The translations under genes and the position numbers were made by a program. 64,000 nucleotides of DNA from Bacteroidota bacterium (lineage in GTDB: Bacteria > Bacteroidota > Ignavibacteria > Ignavibacteriales > Ignavibacteriaceae). Numbering within the stretch: position 1 is the first letter of the stretch; each line of letters begins with the position of its first letter. Below are positions 9,811 to 18,231 of the stretch, in pieces. The notes below the pieces were generated by a model. It made no database searches and was not told where the DNA came from. It saw only the letters and a list, made by a program, of their open reading frames with translations. The stretch lies in NCBI GenBank assembly GCA_021824565.1, contig JAKAKL010000054.1:94061-158060 (forward strand), written 5' to 3'.

Positions 9811-11373
9811 ATGAAATTAATAAAAAATGCTATTGGTAGATTAGTACCTGCGCAAGTAAACGGACAAAAACAAATTCCATTTAAAGGAGTTGATAAATTC
9901 AAACCGTCCGGCAGCAAGGCAAAACCAAAAATTAATTCTTGCATTGATTTTCCTGAAGACGGAAATAAAGTGGTAAAGAATTTAAAAGAAGCATTGAAAA
10001 AAGCTGGATTAAAAGATGGAATGACAATTTCAACTCATCATCACCTTAGAAACGGCGATGCGCTGACAAATATCTTGTTCGATACAATCAATTCAATGGG
10101 AGTAAAAAATATTCGCTGGTTTCCGAGCGCTTCTTTCCCTATCCACGAACATTTAATAAAATATTTGGAAGACGGAACAATTCATCATATTGAAGGAAGC
10201 ATGAACGGCCCTCTTGGCCGTTTTACTACTGAAGGTAAAATGAAAGGAATCGGCATTTTGCGTTCTCACGGCGGCCGTTATCAAGCTGTGCAAGACGGTG
10301 AAGTTCATATTGACATTGCCGTAATTGCTGCACCGACATCTGATCCGTTTGGTAATGCAAATGGAGTGAATGGAAAATCGGCATCTGGATTAATCGGCTT
10401 TGCACTTGCTGATTCCGAATACGCAGACAAAGTAATTGTAGTTACTGACAATCTAATTCCGTTTCCATGCGTTCCGTGGCAAATTCAAGGAAACAATGTA
10501 GATTATGTTGTTCAAGTTGATTCGCTTGGCGATGCATCAAAAATAGTTTCCGGAACAACTGAAGTTACAAAATCTCCCGACAGACTTTTGATTGCTGAAT
10601 ACGTTGCACAGTTTATTGATGAAGCCGGAATAATGAAAAACGGATTTTCATTTCAAGCCGGCTCAGGCGGAACAAACTTGGCTTTCGTTCTTTATCTAAA
10701 AGAAAGAATGAAAGCAAAAAATGTAAAAGCAAGATTTGTCCGCGGCGGAAGTACAAAATATTTAGTTCAGCTTTTGGAAGAAGGATTGACAGATTATATT
10801 CTTGACGGACAAACTTTCGATCTTGAAGGTGTGAGAAGCATGAGAGAGAATCCGAATCATGTGAACACAAGTCCGTTTACAAGCTATAACTTTCACGGTA
10901 AGGGAAATTTTGCATCGATTGTTGATGTTGCTGTTCTGGGCGCGACTGAAGTCGATGTAGACTTTAACGCAAATGTTGTAAGCCATTCAGATGGCTATCT
11001 TCTTCACGGCATTGGGGGCTGGCAAAATTGCCTCTATTCAAAATGTACAATTCTTGCGGTGCCTTCATTCAGAGATCGAATACCGGTGATCATTGATGAA
11101 GTTACAACTCTTTGCGGTCCAGGTGAATTGATTGACGTTATAATTACTGAAAGAGGAATTGCGATTAATCCAAAGAGAAAAGATTTAATAAAATTGATGA
11201 AGGATTCTTCGCTGCCTATAAAATCTATAAAGCAAATTAGAGATGAAGTTTATTCAATTTGCGGCGGCGCTCCATCAAAACCGAAATTGAATAGAAATAA
11301 AGTTGTAGCAGTTGTTAAATGGGTTGATGGAACTGTGATCGATTCAGTTTTTCAAATTAATAAAACAAACTAA
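9811..11373 (+). CDS. citF: Citrate lyase alpha subunit (citrate CoA-transferase)
   Basis: GMTISTHHHLRNGD, LRSHGGRYQAV, IDIAVIAAPTSDPFGNANG and a length of 520 aa match CitF. Confidence 0.85.
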   Translation: MKLIKNAIGRLVPAQVNGQKQIPFKGVDKFKPSGSKAKPKINSCIDFPEDGNKVVKNLKEALKKAGLKDGMTISTHHHLRNGDALTNILFDTINSMGVKNIRWFPSASFPIHEHLIKYLEDGTIHHIEGSMNGPLGRFTTEGKMKGIGILRSHGGRYQAVQDGEVHIDIAVIAAPTSDPFGNANGVNGKSASGLIGFALADSEYADKVIVVTDNLIPFPCVPWQIQGNNVDYVVQVDSLGDASKIVSGTTEVTKSPDRLLIAEYVAQFIDEAGIMKNGFSFQAGSGGTNLAFVLYLKERMKAKNVKARFVRGGSTKYLVQLLEEGLTDYILDGQTFDLEGVRSMRENPNHVNTSPFTSYNFHGKGNFASIVDVAVLGATEVDVDFNANVVSHSDGYLLHGIGGWQNCLYSKCTILAVPSFRDRIPVIIDEVTTLCGPGELIDVIITERGIAINPKRKDLIKLMKDSSLPIKSIKQIRDEVYSICGGAPSKPKLNRNKVVAVVKWVDGTVIDSVFQINKTN

Positions 11374-11451
11374 CAAGTGTAATTTTACCCAATAATGACG
11401 CCTTTCTGCACTATGTGTAAAATGTTACCAAAAACTATGAGCATTTATTTC

Positions 11452-11483
11452 ACCCGAAATAATTTCGCTGGGTAAATATTTTT
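11452..11483 (+). terminator. Possible weak terminator after citF
   Basis: Imperfect hairpin ACCCGAAAT/ATTTCGCTGGGT followed by aaatattttt. Confidence 0.3.
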
Positions 11484-11624
11484 CATGTTAGCTTTGATCT
11501 TATTAAAGATGCAAAGTTAAAACACATAAATATTTTCATTCTTTTAGAACAATTCATAATCGCTTTATGGCATAGTATCTGCTTTCAAGGAAATAAATAT
11601 TATTCACTGCAAGCGAGTACTGTT

Positions 11625-12356
11625 ATGAAAAAGATAAATTTTTTAGTAATCTCAGTCGAAAATGCCGCAATCTTTTTATTATTTGTTATCATAAGCGGAT
11701 GTTCAAATCATGTAAGTCCCCAAGCTGGAAATCTTTCTCTAAGCTTTGCTCCCGGAACTGCAATGGCAAAGACATCATCAGACAGCGTAATTATCACTTC
11801 TGCAAAAATATTAATTAAAGACTTAAAGCTAAAAGGAAATTATACAGATTCCACAAAAAGCAAAGATACTAACGACGAACAAGGAGATGACGAAGTGGAA
11901 TTAAAAGCCGGTCCCTTTGTCGTATCATTAAATTTAAATGGTATGGTTAATACTGTTACGGTCAATAGTGTGCCGGCAGGCGTTTATTATGCTGCGAAAT
12001 TTCAAGTTCATAAAATTGGAGAAAATGAAATTTCTCCCGATACGGATTTTGCGCCCGCGCCAGGCCAGGATGACGGCTATTCAGTCGTGGTTAAAGGTTT
12101 CTTTAATGCAACGCCTTTCGTATATAAATCAAGACTTAATGCGGATCAGGAAGTTCGTTTCCAGAACCCAGTTGCCGTAAAGTCGACGAGTTTTGTTAAT
12201 GTAACATTGATAGTAAATCCGAATAGCTGGTTTTATATTAATGGCGAATACCTTGATCCGACTAATCCGACAAATGATATGATGATAGATCAGCAGATAC
12301 GAGCATCATTTGGAAAAGGCTTTGAAGATGACGCCAAAGACGGGCACGAGGATTAA
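11625..12356 (+). CDS. Lipoprotein of unknown function
   Basis: Signal peptide plus lipobox (LLFVIISGC), then a beta-rich sequence with no motif I recognise. Confidence 0.65.
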   Translation: MKKINFLVISVENAAIFLLFVIISGCSNHVSPQAGNLSLSFAPGTAMAKTSSDSVIITSAKILIKDLKLKGNYTDSTKSKDTNDEQGDDEVELKAGPFVVSLNLNGMVNTVTVNSVPAGVYYAAKFQVHKIGENEISPDTDFAPAPGQDDGYSVVVKGFFNATPFVYKSRLNADQEVRFQNPVAVKSTSFVNVTLIVNPNSWFYINGEYLDPTNPTNDMMIDQQIRASFGKGFEDDAKDGHED

Positions 12357-12389
12357 TATTTTTTTGAGCCTCCTATAAAAAAAGATGAG

Positions 12390-12476
12390 CGGAAAGGGAG
12401 AGATTCGAACTCTCGGTACCCGTTAAGATACACACGCTCTCCAGGCGTGCCAGTTAAACCACTCCTGCACCTTTCC
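12390..12476 (-). tRNA. tRNA-Ser (anticodon GGA), class II with a long variable arm
   Basis: The reverse complement folds as GGAAAGG/CCTTTCC acceptor, CACGC-CTGGAGA-GCGTG anticodon arm, GTATC...GGTAC variable arm, GAGAG-TTCGAAT-CTCTC T arm and discriminator G. CCA is not encoded. Confidence 0.9.
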
Positions 12477-12720
12477 GAAATTCTGGAAGAGTTTCATCCA
12501 ACCATTTTCTGCCATGACCGGTTTTAAGAAACTTTTCTCTTTTTATTGCTTCCTCTTTTGAAGAAAATTCTTCTGAATGAACTAAAACCCAGGGGATGCC
12601 GCCTTTAGTAAACTTGTTGCATCCGCGATTATGTTCCAGTAACCTTTTCTTTATATCTCCGGTTGATCCGGTATATCTTTTTCTTAGGCAACTACTCCAA
12701 AGAACATATACATAGAACAT
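12454..12720 (-). CDS. Small GIY-YIG nuclease-family protein (YhbQ/UPF0213-like)
   Basis: MFYVYVLWS...RYTGSTGDIKKRLLEHN...EEAIKREKFLKTGHGRKWL covers the GIY...YxG...R...E...N core. The last ~8 codons and the stop are encoded by the 5' part of tRNA-Ser(GGA). Confidence 0.8.
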   Translation of the reverse strand: MFYVYVLWSSCLRKRYTGSTGDIKKRLLEHNRGCNKFTKGGIPWVLVHSEEFSSKEEAIKREKFLKTGHGRKWLDETLPEFRKGAGVV

Positions 12721-12737
12721 TAATTAATCATCCTCAT

Positions 12738-12800
12738 GTGCCAGTTTCCGCCTTGGCGGATCAGCCTTCGGCTGAAAACCACTCCTGCACCTTTCCGAAA
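12738..12800 (-). pseudogene. Duplicated 5' fragment of tRNA-Ser(GGA), positions -4 to ~29, interrupted by a 29-nt insert
   Basis: 12738-12746 and 12776-12800 are identical to 12447-12455 and 12456-12480. The copy is split by 12747-12775. Confidence 0.85.
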
Positions 12801-12947
12801 GAGAGATGCAAATATAGAAATTTCATTTTTCTTTCACAAAGTTTGCTACCATTATTTCTTTTCTGAATCTAATTTTTCTGTAGACAATAGAATATAGTTC
12901 AATATTAATTATATTTGCTGGCTTTATTTTGAAATTTGGAAATTACA

Positions 12948-13679
12948 ATGGATGTAAATTTAATAAAAGGATTTCTCGCGCTTATTTCGGCTGTGTCGGG
13001 AGCTTCTTCTACTTTTTTAATAAAACTGAACCATAAAAAGTTATGCGGGCTTATTTCATTTTCTGCCGGAGCACTTTTAGGCGCAGCAGTTTTCGTTCTT
13101 CTCCCGGAAGCAGGAGAAAGTCTTAGATTTTATGAAGTGCTGATCAGCGGCTTATCGGGTTATTTGCTGTTCTGGTTTATAAGCAAATATTTTTCTCATG
13201 TATGCCCGGCTTGTTCCGCAAGCCACTTTGATGAGCAGACTACGCACAAATTTTCTGAAATAGTTTTAACACTAATTACGGCTCTTTCTATTCATTCTTT
13301 ATTAGATGGAATGGCATTAAGCACCGGCATCAACAATGAATCAATTCTTGCAGCTATACTTACACATAAATTTCCTGAAGGTTTAGCGCTTGCTGCTTTA
13401 ATGTTAAGTTCTAATTATCCAAAACCGAAAATATTTTTATACGTTACTCTTGTCGAGTCAACTACGGTAATCGGAAGCATAGTCGGAACGTATTTATTCC
13501 AATCAAAAATATCTCCGGTAATTCTTGATGCGATAATGGCGCATATAGCCGGAGGCTTTGTTTACCTTGCTATACATGCAGTACTGGGAGAGATGTTAAA
13601 AAATCATACCAGGCTCGTAATTTTTTCATTTAGTCTCGGATTAATATTAATTTTCGGGGTGCATTTGATATTTAGTTAG
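12948..13679 (+). CDS. ZIP-family divalent metal transporter (ZupT-like)
   Basis: Multi-TM protein with HKFPEGLALA and HSLLDGMAL motifs. ATG 12948 is preferred over the track TTG at 12936. Confidence 0.8.
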   Translation: MDVNLIKGFLALISAVSGASSTFLIKLNHKKLCGLISFSAGALLGAAVFVLLPEAGESLRFYEVLISGLSGYLLFWFISKYFSHVCPACSASHFDEQTTHKFSEIVLTLITALSIHSLLDGMALSTGINNESILAAILTHKFPEGLALAALMLSSNYPKPKIFLYVTLVESTTVIGSIVGTYLFQSKISPVILDAIMAHIAGGFVYLAIHAVLGEMLKNHTRLVIFSFSLGLILIFGVHLIFS

Positions 13680-13683
13680 AACC

Positions 13684-13772
13684 GGAGAGATGCCAGAGTG
13701 GTTGAATGGGACGGTCTCGAAAACCGTTATGCTGGGTAACCGGTATCCAGGGTTCGAATCCCTGTCTCTCCG
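13684..13772 (+). tRNA. tRNA-Ser (anticodon CGA)
   Basis: GGAGAGA/TCTCTCC acceptor, ACGGT-CTCGAAA-ACCGT anticodon arm, long variable arm, CAGGG-TTCGAAT-CCCTG T arm and discriminator G. Confidence 0.9.
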
Positions 13773-13790
13773 CAATTGTCTATATAGATT

Positions 13791-14144
13791 TTATTCCGTG
13801 CTGTACATTAAATAATGAACTTCAAAATCTCTTAATAATAGCAGCACAGACGGCACTTGATCTTCCCTTACCATTAAGATATTAGATTTGTTCTGCCCCT
13901 CATCGACGCGGACTTCTTCATCCTCAAAGTAATACTCTATCCAGCTTTCATCAAGAATTTCTTTGATCAATGAAATATCTCCTTGATTACATGTAGAAAG
14001 TACCGGAACAAACGTAAGACTGCTGTTTTGCTTTTCAAGGACTGTGTTTATTGGTCCGTCAAATAATTCTACCAGGTCAACTTCGCAGTCTATACAAACC
14101 GTGTAGCCTTTTCTGTATTTTGTTTTACATCTCGGACAAATCAT
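13791..14144 (-). CDS. Zinc-ribbon plus DUF2007-like small protein (paralog A)
   Basis: CPRCKTKYRKGYTVCIDCEVDLVE (CxxC...CxxC), then a ~70-aa alpha/beta domain resembling DUF2007. Confidence 0.65.
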   Translation of the reverse strand: MICPRCKTKYRKGYTVCIDCEVDLVELFDGPINTVLEKQNSSLTFVPVLSTCNQGDISLIKEILDESWIEYYFEDEEVRVDEGQNKSNILMVREDQVPSVLLLLRDFEVHYLMYSTE

Positions 14145-14227
14145 CTTTCCTCCACTTTTTTTTACAAACTTAATTGTATCTTTTTCCTTTATAATTGTGA
14201 CTGTAATATAATAATTTTATTTATTCC

Positions 14228-14563
14228 TTATCCTATAAGCCTTCCAAAATTCAATTTAATGTTCTTTAAGATTTCCTCTGCACGTGTAATGTCTTTTTTA
14301 CTTATAAACAGCACAGCGTTTGCGTACATCATATTTTCGTTATTTATAAAGTAGCTTATTTCATTATCATCAAGAACGCTTTTTATGAAAGATATATCAA
14401 ACTGATCATGCGTTCTTAATACCTCTACATAATCGCCCGGGTCAAAATTCATTTTTGACTCCTGCACTTTATCGGGAGACAATCGCTCTACAAGATCAAC
14501 ATCGCAGTCGCTGCAATGAGTAAATCCGGTTCTATATTCCGCTTTGCAAACAGGGCAAAACAT
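14228..14563 (-). CDS. Zinc-ribbon plus DUF2007-like small protein (paralog B)
   Basis: CPVCKAEYRTGFTHCSDCDVDLVE. Its start overlaps the upstream stop as TAATG. Confidence 0.65.
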   Translation of the reverse strand: MFCPVCKAEYRTGFTHCSDCDVDLVERLSPDKVQESKMNFDPGDYVEVLRTHDQFDISFIKSVLDDNEISYFINNENMMYANAVLFISKKDITRAEEILKNIKLNFGRLIG

Positions 14564-15150
14564 TATTCTGCCTTATTCTCAATTACTTGATTACTATCTC
14601 TTCCCTTCACGAACTTTCTCGATATTTCATAGCCGATGCCAATTCCTAATCCCATTGATGTTCCCATATTAAAAGCAATAATCAAATACCTGTTTATATT
14701 TTCAGAGTCATAATAACTAAATACATACGTACTAATTAAAGTCATCAGGATATAGACTAACGCAAAGTTTATCATCCAGACAGCGGCGCCGATAAATTTT
14801 CTTGTCTTATACTTTTCCTTATTAAGAAAGTCCGACGAGAAATAGATTGAGCCGCCTATAAATACAAACCACAAAATATTTCTAATCAAAGCAATCGGAG
14901 CATAAGATCTGTAATAAATAACTATAAAAAGGAATCCGAATAATAAAGTCGAGAAAATAAAATTTCTCAGTGAAAAATATTCAAGAATATTAATTAAGAG
15001 GATTGAGGCTGTCCCGAATATTGTATAAGTAAAAACAGTTACGTTTATATAAAAAATATACTTGCCCGCAAAAAGCCAGCCTATTAATAAAAAGCAGACT
15101 AATTCAATTGCTGTCGAAACTGCCGCACGCTTTATTTTTGTGTCCATCAC
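14563..15150 (-). CDS. Integral membrane protein (5-6 TM), unknown function
   Basis: Hydrophobic segments run throughout. It is translationally coupled to paralog B. Confidence 0.55.
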   Translation of the reverse strand: MMDTKIKRAAVSTAIELVCFLLIGWLFAGKYIFYINVTVFTYTIFGTASILLINILEYFSLRNFIFSTLLFGFLFIVIYYRSYAPIALIRNILWFVFIGGSIYFSSDFLNKEKYKTRKFIGAAVWMINFALVYILMTLISTYVFSYYDSENINRYLIIAFNMGTSMGLGIGIGYEISRKFVKGRDSNQVIENKAE

Positions 15151-15369
15151 TGTCCCGCGCTTTGATTTAATTTAATCTTGGAATTCTATTTTGAAAGGAC
15201 TGCTTTTTCTAAGTAAGTCAAACTCATCATAGAATTTCAATAACGTCTTGTTAAATATAATGGATTTTCTTTTTAAAAATCCAAATAATATTTCATAATG
15301 CCGCAATTGGATAGTCGTTCCATCTTAAAAAAAAGTAAAAATAAGATGATATCCATTAACTTGATATAT

Positions 15370-16854
15370 TTATTTTAAAACAATAAACTTTTTCGTTTGG
15401 ATAAAATCATCCTTCTCGCCTGATCTGTCTTCAGCTTCCATCCGGTAAAAATATACGCCGCTGCCAAGTCTTCCGGTATTAAGCTTTACGTCATAGTCTC
15501 CGGGACTTTTAATTCCGTCGACAAGAGAAAGGATTTCATTGCCTAAAACATCGAATACCTTAATTGATACATAGCTTTCTTTTTCCACCGAATATTTTAT
15601 CGTTGTAGCCGGATTAAAAGGGTTGGGATAATTTTGATAAAGCTTGAATAGCACAGGCTGATTGGATTCTTCCGCAATCCCGGTCGTAAGACTGTCCATT
15701 CCCTCCTGCAGTGTCTGCACCAATGAATCATTCAACTGCCCGTTATTTACGAGAGGATGAGTCCAATGCTGGTAAGCGTAAAAAGCCCAGCTAACATCGT
15801 TCACCTTGCAAAAGTCAAACAGCATTTTCATATCAGCTTGCCAGCCGAGCGTATCCGCAAAGCCGAACTGACCAATCTCCCCCAGGATCATCGGAACGTT
15901 CCATGCCCTTGCAGTATCAAAGTGGCTTTGCATCTGCGCTTCCGCCGAAGGCTGATTTGCTCCCGCCATAAGCCAGGCTTTCGGATACATGTGAAATGAA
16001 TAAATCGAATTCGGCAAGCCAGGGTTGCCTGTCAATTTAAATTTGCCGTTAACTCCATCCTGAAAAACCAAAAGCAAATTTGGATTGATCGAATGAATTG
16101 CCGTGCCGAGCGTGTCATAATATTTTTTTAAGCTGAAACTAAATTGATCCGGCGGCTCATTAAATAAATCTACGCCGATAATCGTCGGGTCATTAACGTA
16201 TCTTCCTAAAACTTCTCTCCATGCATCCAGATAGCCTTGCTGGACAGTGTAACCGGGAAGTATCAAAGTGTCCTTGATAAAAAACTGCTGTATCGCTCCT
16301 GACTGCGTAATTGATGCTTGATTAGAATACAGCCACACAGGCATTCCTAAGCCGTGCGATCCGCTTGAGTCTTTAAATGCCGGAGACCATGTCCACTGAT
16401 GCATGCTCAGGATTATTGCAATACCGCGCGAGCTGAACTCTGAAACAATTTTATCAAGCGAATCTACATACGCCTCATTCCAATGATGTACAATTACACC
16501 GCTCGAATCAACCGGGATATTAGGTTCAAGATTTGCCCATGAGATCAGCAGTCTAACAAAATTAAAACCGCAGGCTTTTATATCGTCAAACTCCTGCGGA
16601 AGCTTTTGTTCCAGCGGAGTTTGGTAGCATCCGTATTGATCCGAACAGCCCGGGCTGGCATTCTGGTTCCAGGCATGCCCGGCTCCCCATTCCATGCCGG
16701 TACTGTTTATGCCCGTCAAGCGGATGATATTATTATTGGAATCAAGTATTAAATTCCCGCTCGTATGAAGCCACCCTGTTATTTTATCGCGCGTCTGAGG
16801 GAAGGATATGTTTATTAAAAATAATGCTGCAAGAATTGTAGAAAGTAATCTCAT
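15370..16854 (-). CDS. Secreted glycoside hydrolase family 5 (cellulase/mannanase-like) with a T9SS C-terminal sorting domain
   Basis: Signal peptide, DLFNEPP (acid/base NEP), LGEIGQ (nucleophile region), and a C-terminal LYQNYPNPFNPATTIKY...GVYFYRM tail. Confidence 0.8.
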   Translation of the reverse strand: MRLLSTILAALFLINISFPQTRDKITGWLHTSGNLILDSNNNIIRLTGINSTGMEWGAGHAWNQNASPGCSDQYGCYQTPLEQKLPQEFDDIKACGFNFVRLLISWANLEPNIPVDSSGVIVHHWNEAYVDSLDKIVSEFSSRGIAIILSMHQWTWSPAFKDSSGSHGLGMPVWLYSNQASITQSGAIQQFFIKDTLILPGYTVQQGYLDAWREVLGRYVNDPTIIGVDLFNEPPDQFSFSLKKYYDTLGTAIHSINPNLLLVFQDGVNGKFKLTGNPGLPNSIYSFHMYPKAWLMAGANQPSAEAQMQSHFDTARAWNVPMILGEIGQFGFADTLGWQADMKMLFDFCKVNDVSWAFYAYQHWTHPLVNNGQLNDSLVQTLQEGMDSLTTGIAEESNQPVLFKLYQNYPNPFNPATTIKYSVEKESYVSIKVFDVLGNEILSLVDGIKSPGDYDVKLNTGRLGSGVYFYRMEAEDRSGEKDDFIQTKKFIVLK

Positions 16855-16946
16855 TCTAACTCCTTGTTGTATTCAATTTAAACACACTTATGTTTTATTA
16901 TCGAAAGACTCAGTAAAATAATTTACACAGACGAGTAAGTTGTTAT

Positions 16947-17528
16947 CTAAAACTCTTTTGCCGTTAAACTGCAAAGATCGAAATAAGTTTTGCCTGCTGG
17001 TTTAAATGGATATGAAGCTCCGCCGAAAAATATAATCTTTAGAGAATCGGCATCAGTAGACGATAGTGAATCTATAATAAAATACTGAGCCCAGTTTGAA
17101 TCAGTAACAGCAACGCTTTTTATACTAATTAAGGAATCATTTCTAAATGCAAACACCTTTCCATAAGCATCAGTGGTAGAGTCAGCTTTTGACCAAAAAG
17201 AAAAGGAGTAAACATAAGATCCCTTAAGAGTAGTTATCTTTTGGTTTATTGGATCTAATAATATAGGTTGTGCTGAGAGCGGGTTATATCCGTACATAAA
17301 TATTGACCACTTTCCTCCTTCCGGAGGCACATCGTTAGAGAAATTTATAAACGAAGTATAAGCATTCCATCCCGTTAATGAAGCATTCCCATTATTTTCA
17401 AATGAAGGATCTTTTAGGAGATTAGTATTCGGAGATGGTCCCGTGGGGCTGCTGCATTGAACTGCTGCTAAAGAGAGAAATAGAATTAGGAATAGAGCAA
17501 AATAATTTTTCTTAAAAATTTGTATCAT
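16947..17528 (-). CDS. Lipoprotein with a CBM-like jelly-roll signature
   Basis: Lipobox LAAVQC and LLKDPSFENNGNASLTGWN, which resembles the start of CBM4/9/22-type modules. It lies directly upstream of GH5 on the same strand. Confidence 0.55.
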   Translation of the reverse strand: MIQIFKKNYFALFLILFLSLAAVQCSSPTGPSPNTNLLKDPSFENNGNASLTGWNAYTSFINFSNDVPPEGGKWSIFMYGYNPLSAQPILLDPINQKITTLKGSYVYSFSFWSKADSTTDAYGKVFAFRNDSLISIKSVAVTDSNWAQYFIIDSLSSTDADSLKIIFFGGASYPFKPAGKTYFDLCSLTAKEF

Positions 17529-17675
17529 CTAATTCACCCTAACCTTATTATTAAAAAATAAAGTAATTAATCCGGCAATAAGTTGATATTTATTTTAGAA
17601 AGTCGCAATTACAAATTAAATGAATGAAAAGTATTGTTTACTATGCTTGCGTCTGCGTATTTATCAAATCGAGCG

Positions 17676-17918
17676 CTAAGTAATATTATCTTCAATATCT
17701 AAAAACTTCTGTAATATTTCCGCGTCAGCAATGTCTTTAGTTCTCCCGGCTGATTTTTTATTTTTTAAAAGATCTGATGCCTCAATGAAAAAATCTATAT
17801 CGCCGGTATTGCGCGGTTTGGTATAGTAAATTAGCGCGTAAGCTCCGACAATAAGATATTTAACTTTGTGATAATTTAATAATCTTATAAACTCTTCGAA
17901 GTCCTTTTCGACTTTCAT
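17676..17918 (-). pseudogene. Nucleotidyltransferase-fold protein remnant, apparently with an internal in-frame deletion
   Basis: KDFEEFIRLLNYHKVKYLIVGAYAL...TGDIDFFIEAS joins directly to LLKNKKSAGRTKDIADAEIL. Family members I recall carry ~70 aa between these blocks. Confidence 0.45.
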
Positions 17919-18079
17919 TATATAGTTCTTGCTTATTGAATAGTTGTATATATTGTTCTCTTAATTCCTGCAGCATACTAAGCTTTTTTTTCAAAAGGAA
18001 CTTTACTCCAAAACACTATTTCGTCATCGTATTGTTTGGGATCTCTTAGATTATACTTCTTAACCTGCTTATCAATCAT
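17860..18079 (-). pseudogene. Small ORF frameshifted at an A8 tract, upstream partner of the NTase remnant
   Basis: ATG 18079 reads MIDKQVKKYNLRDPKQYDDEIVFWSKVPFEKKA and stops at TAG 17980-17978. Removing one A from the run at 17984-17991 continues it as ...KKLSMLQELREQYIQLFNKQELYNESRKGLRRVYKIIKLSQS, ending at 17860. Confidence 0.45.
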
Positions 18080-18231
18080 ATTTATAATCTCTTTTAACAA
18101 TTATAATATAAATAGAAAACCTTTGTATTTCAAAGACTATTTATAATTTGCACGGCTAAGCTATGAGTTTCCTCGCCGCAGCTGTCCGCCGTTCCTAATA
18201 ATCCAGTTGTATGAATTCGGATGTAAAACCG

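Noticed and set aside
11938-12180. 80-aa alternative-frame ORF inside the lipoprotein gene
   Set aside because: It is same-strand but in a different frame, fully nested in a longer ORF that has a signal peptide and lipobox.
12390-12800. Intron-containing (group I) or split tRNA-Ser gene with an intron-encoded homing endonuclease
   Set aside because: The downstream tRNA copy is complete and foldable on its own. The putative intron would have to end with a duplicate of the 5' exon. I could see no group I core elements by eye.
12663-12866. 67-aa plus-strand ORF
   Set aside because: It runs antisense through the GIY-YIG start and the pseudo-tRNA fragment and has no coding features.
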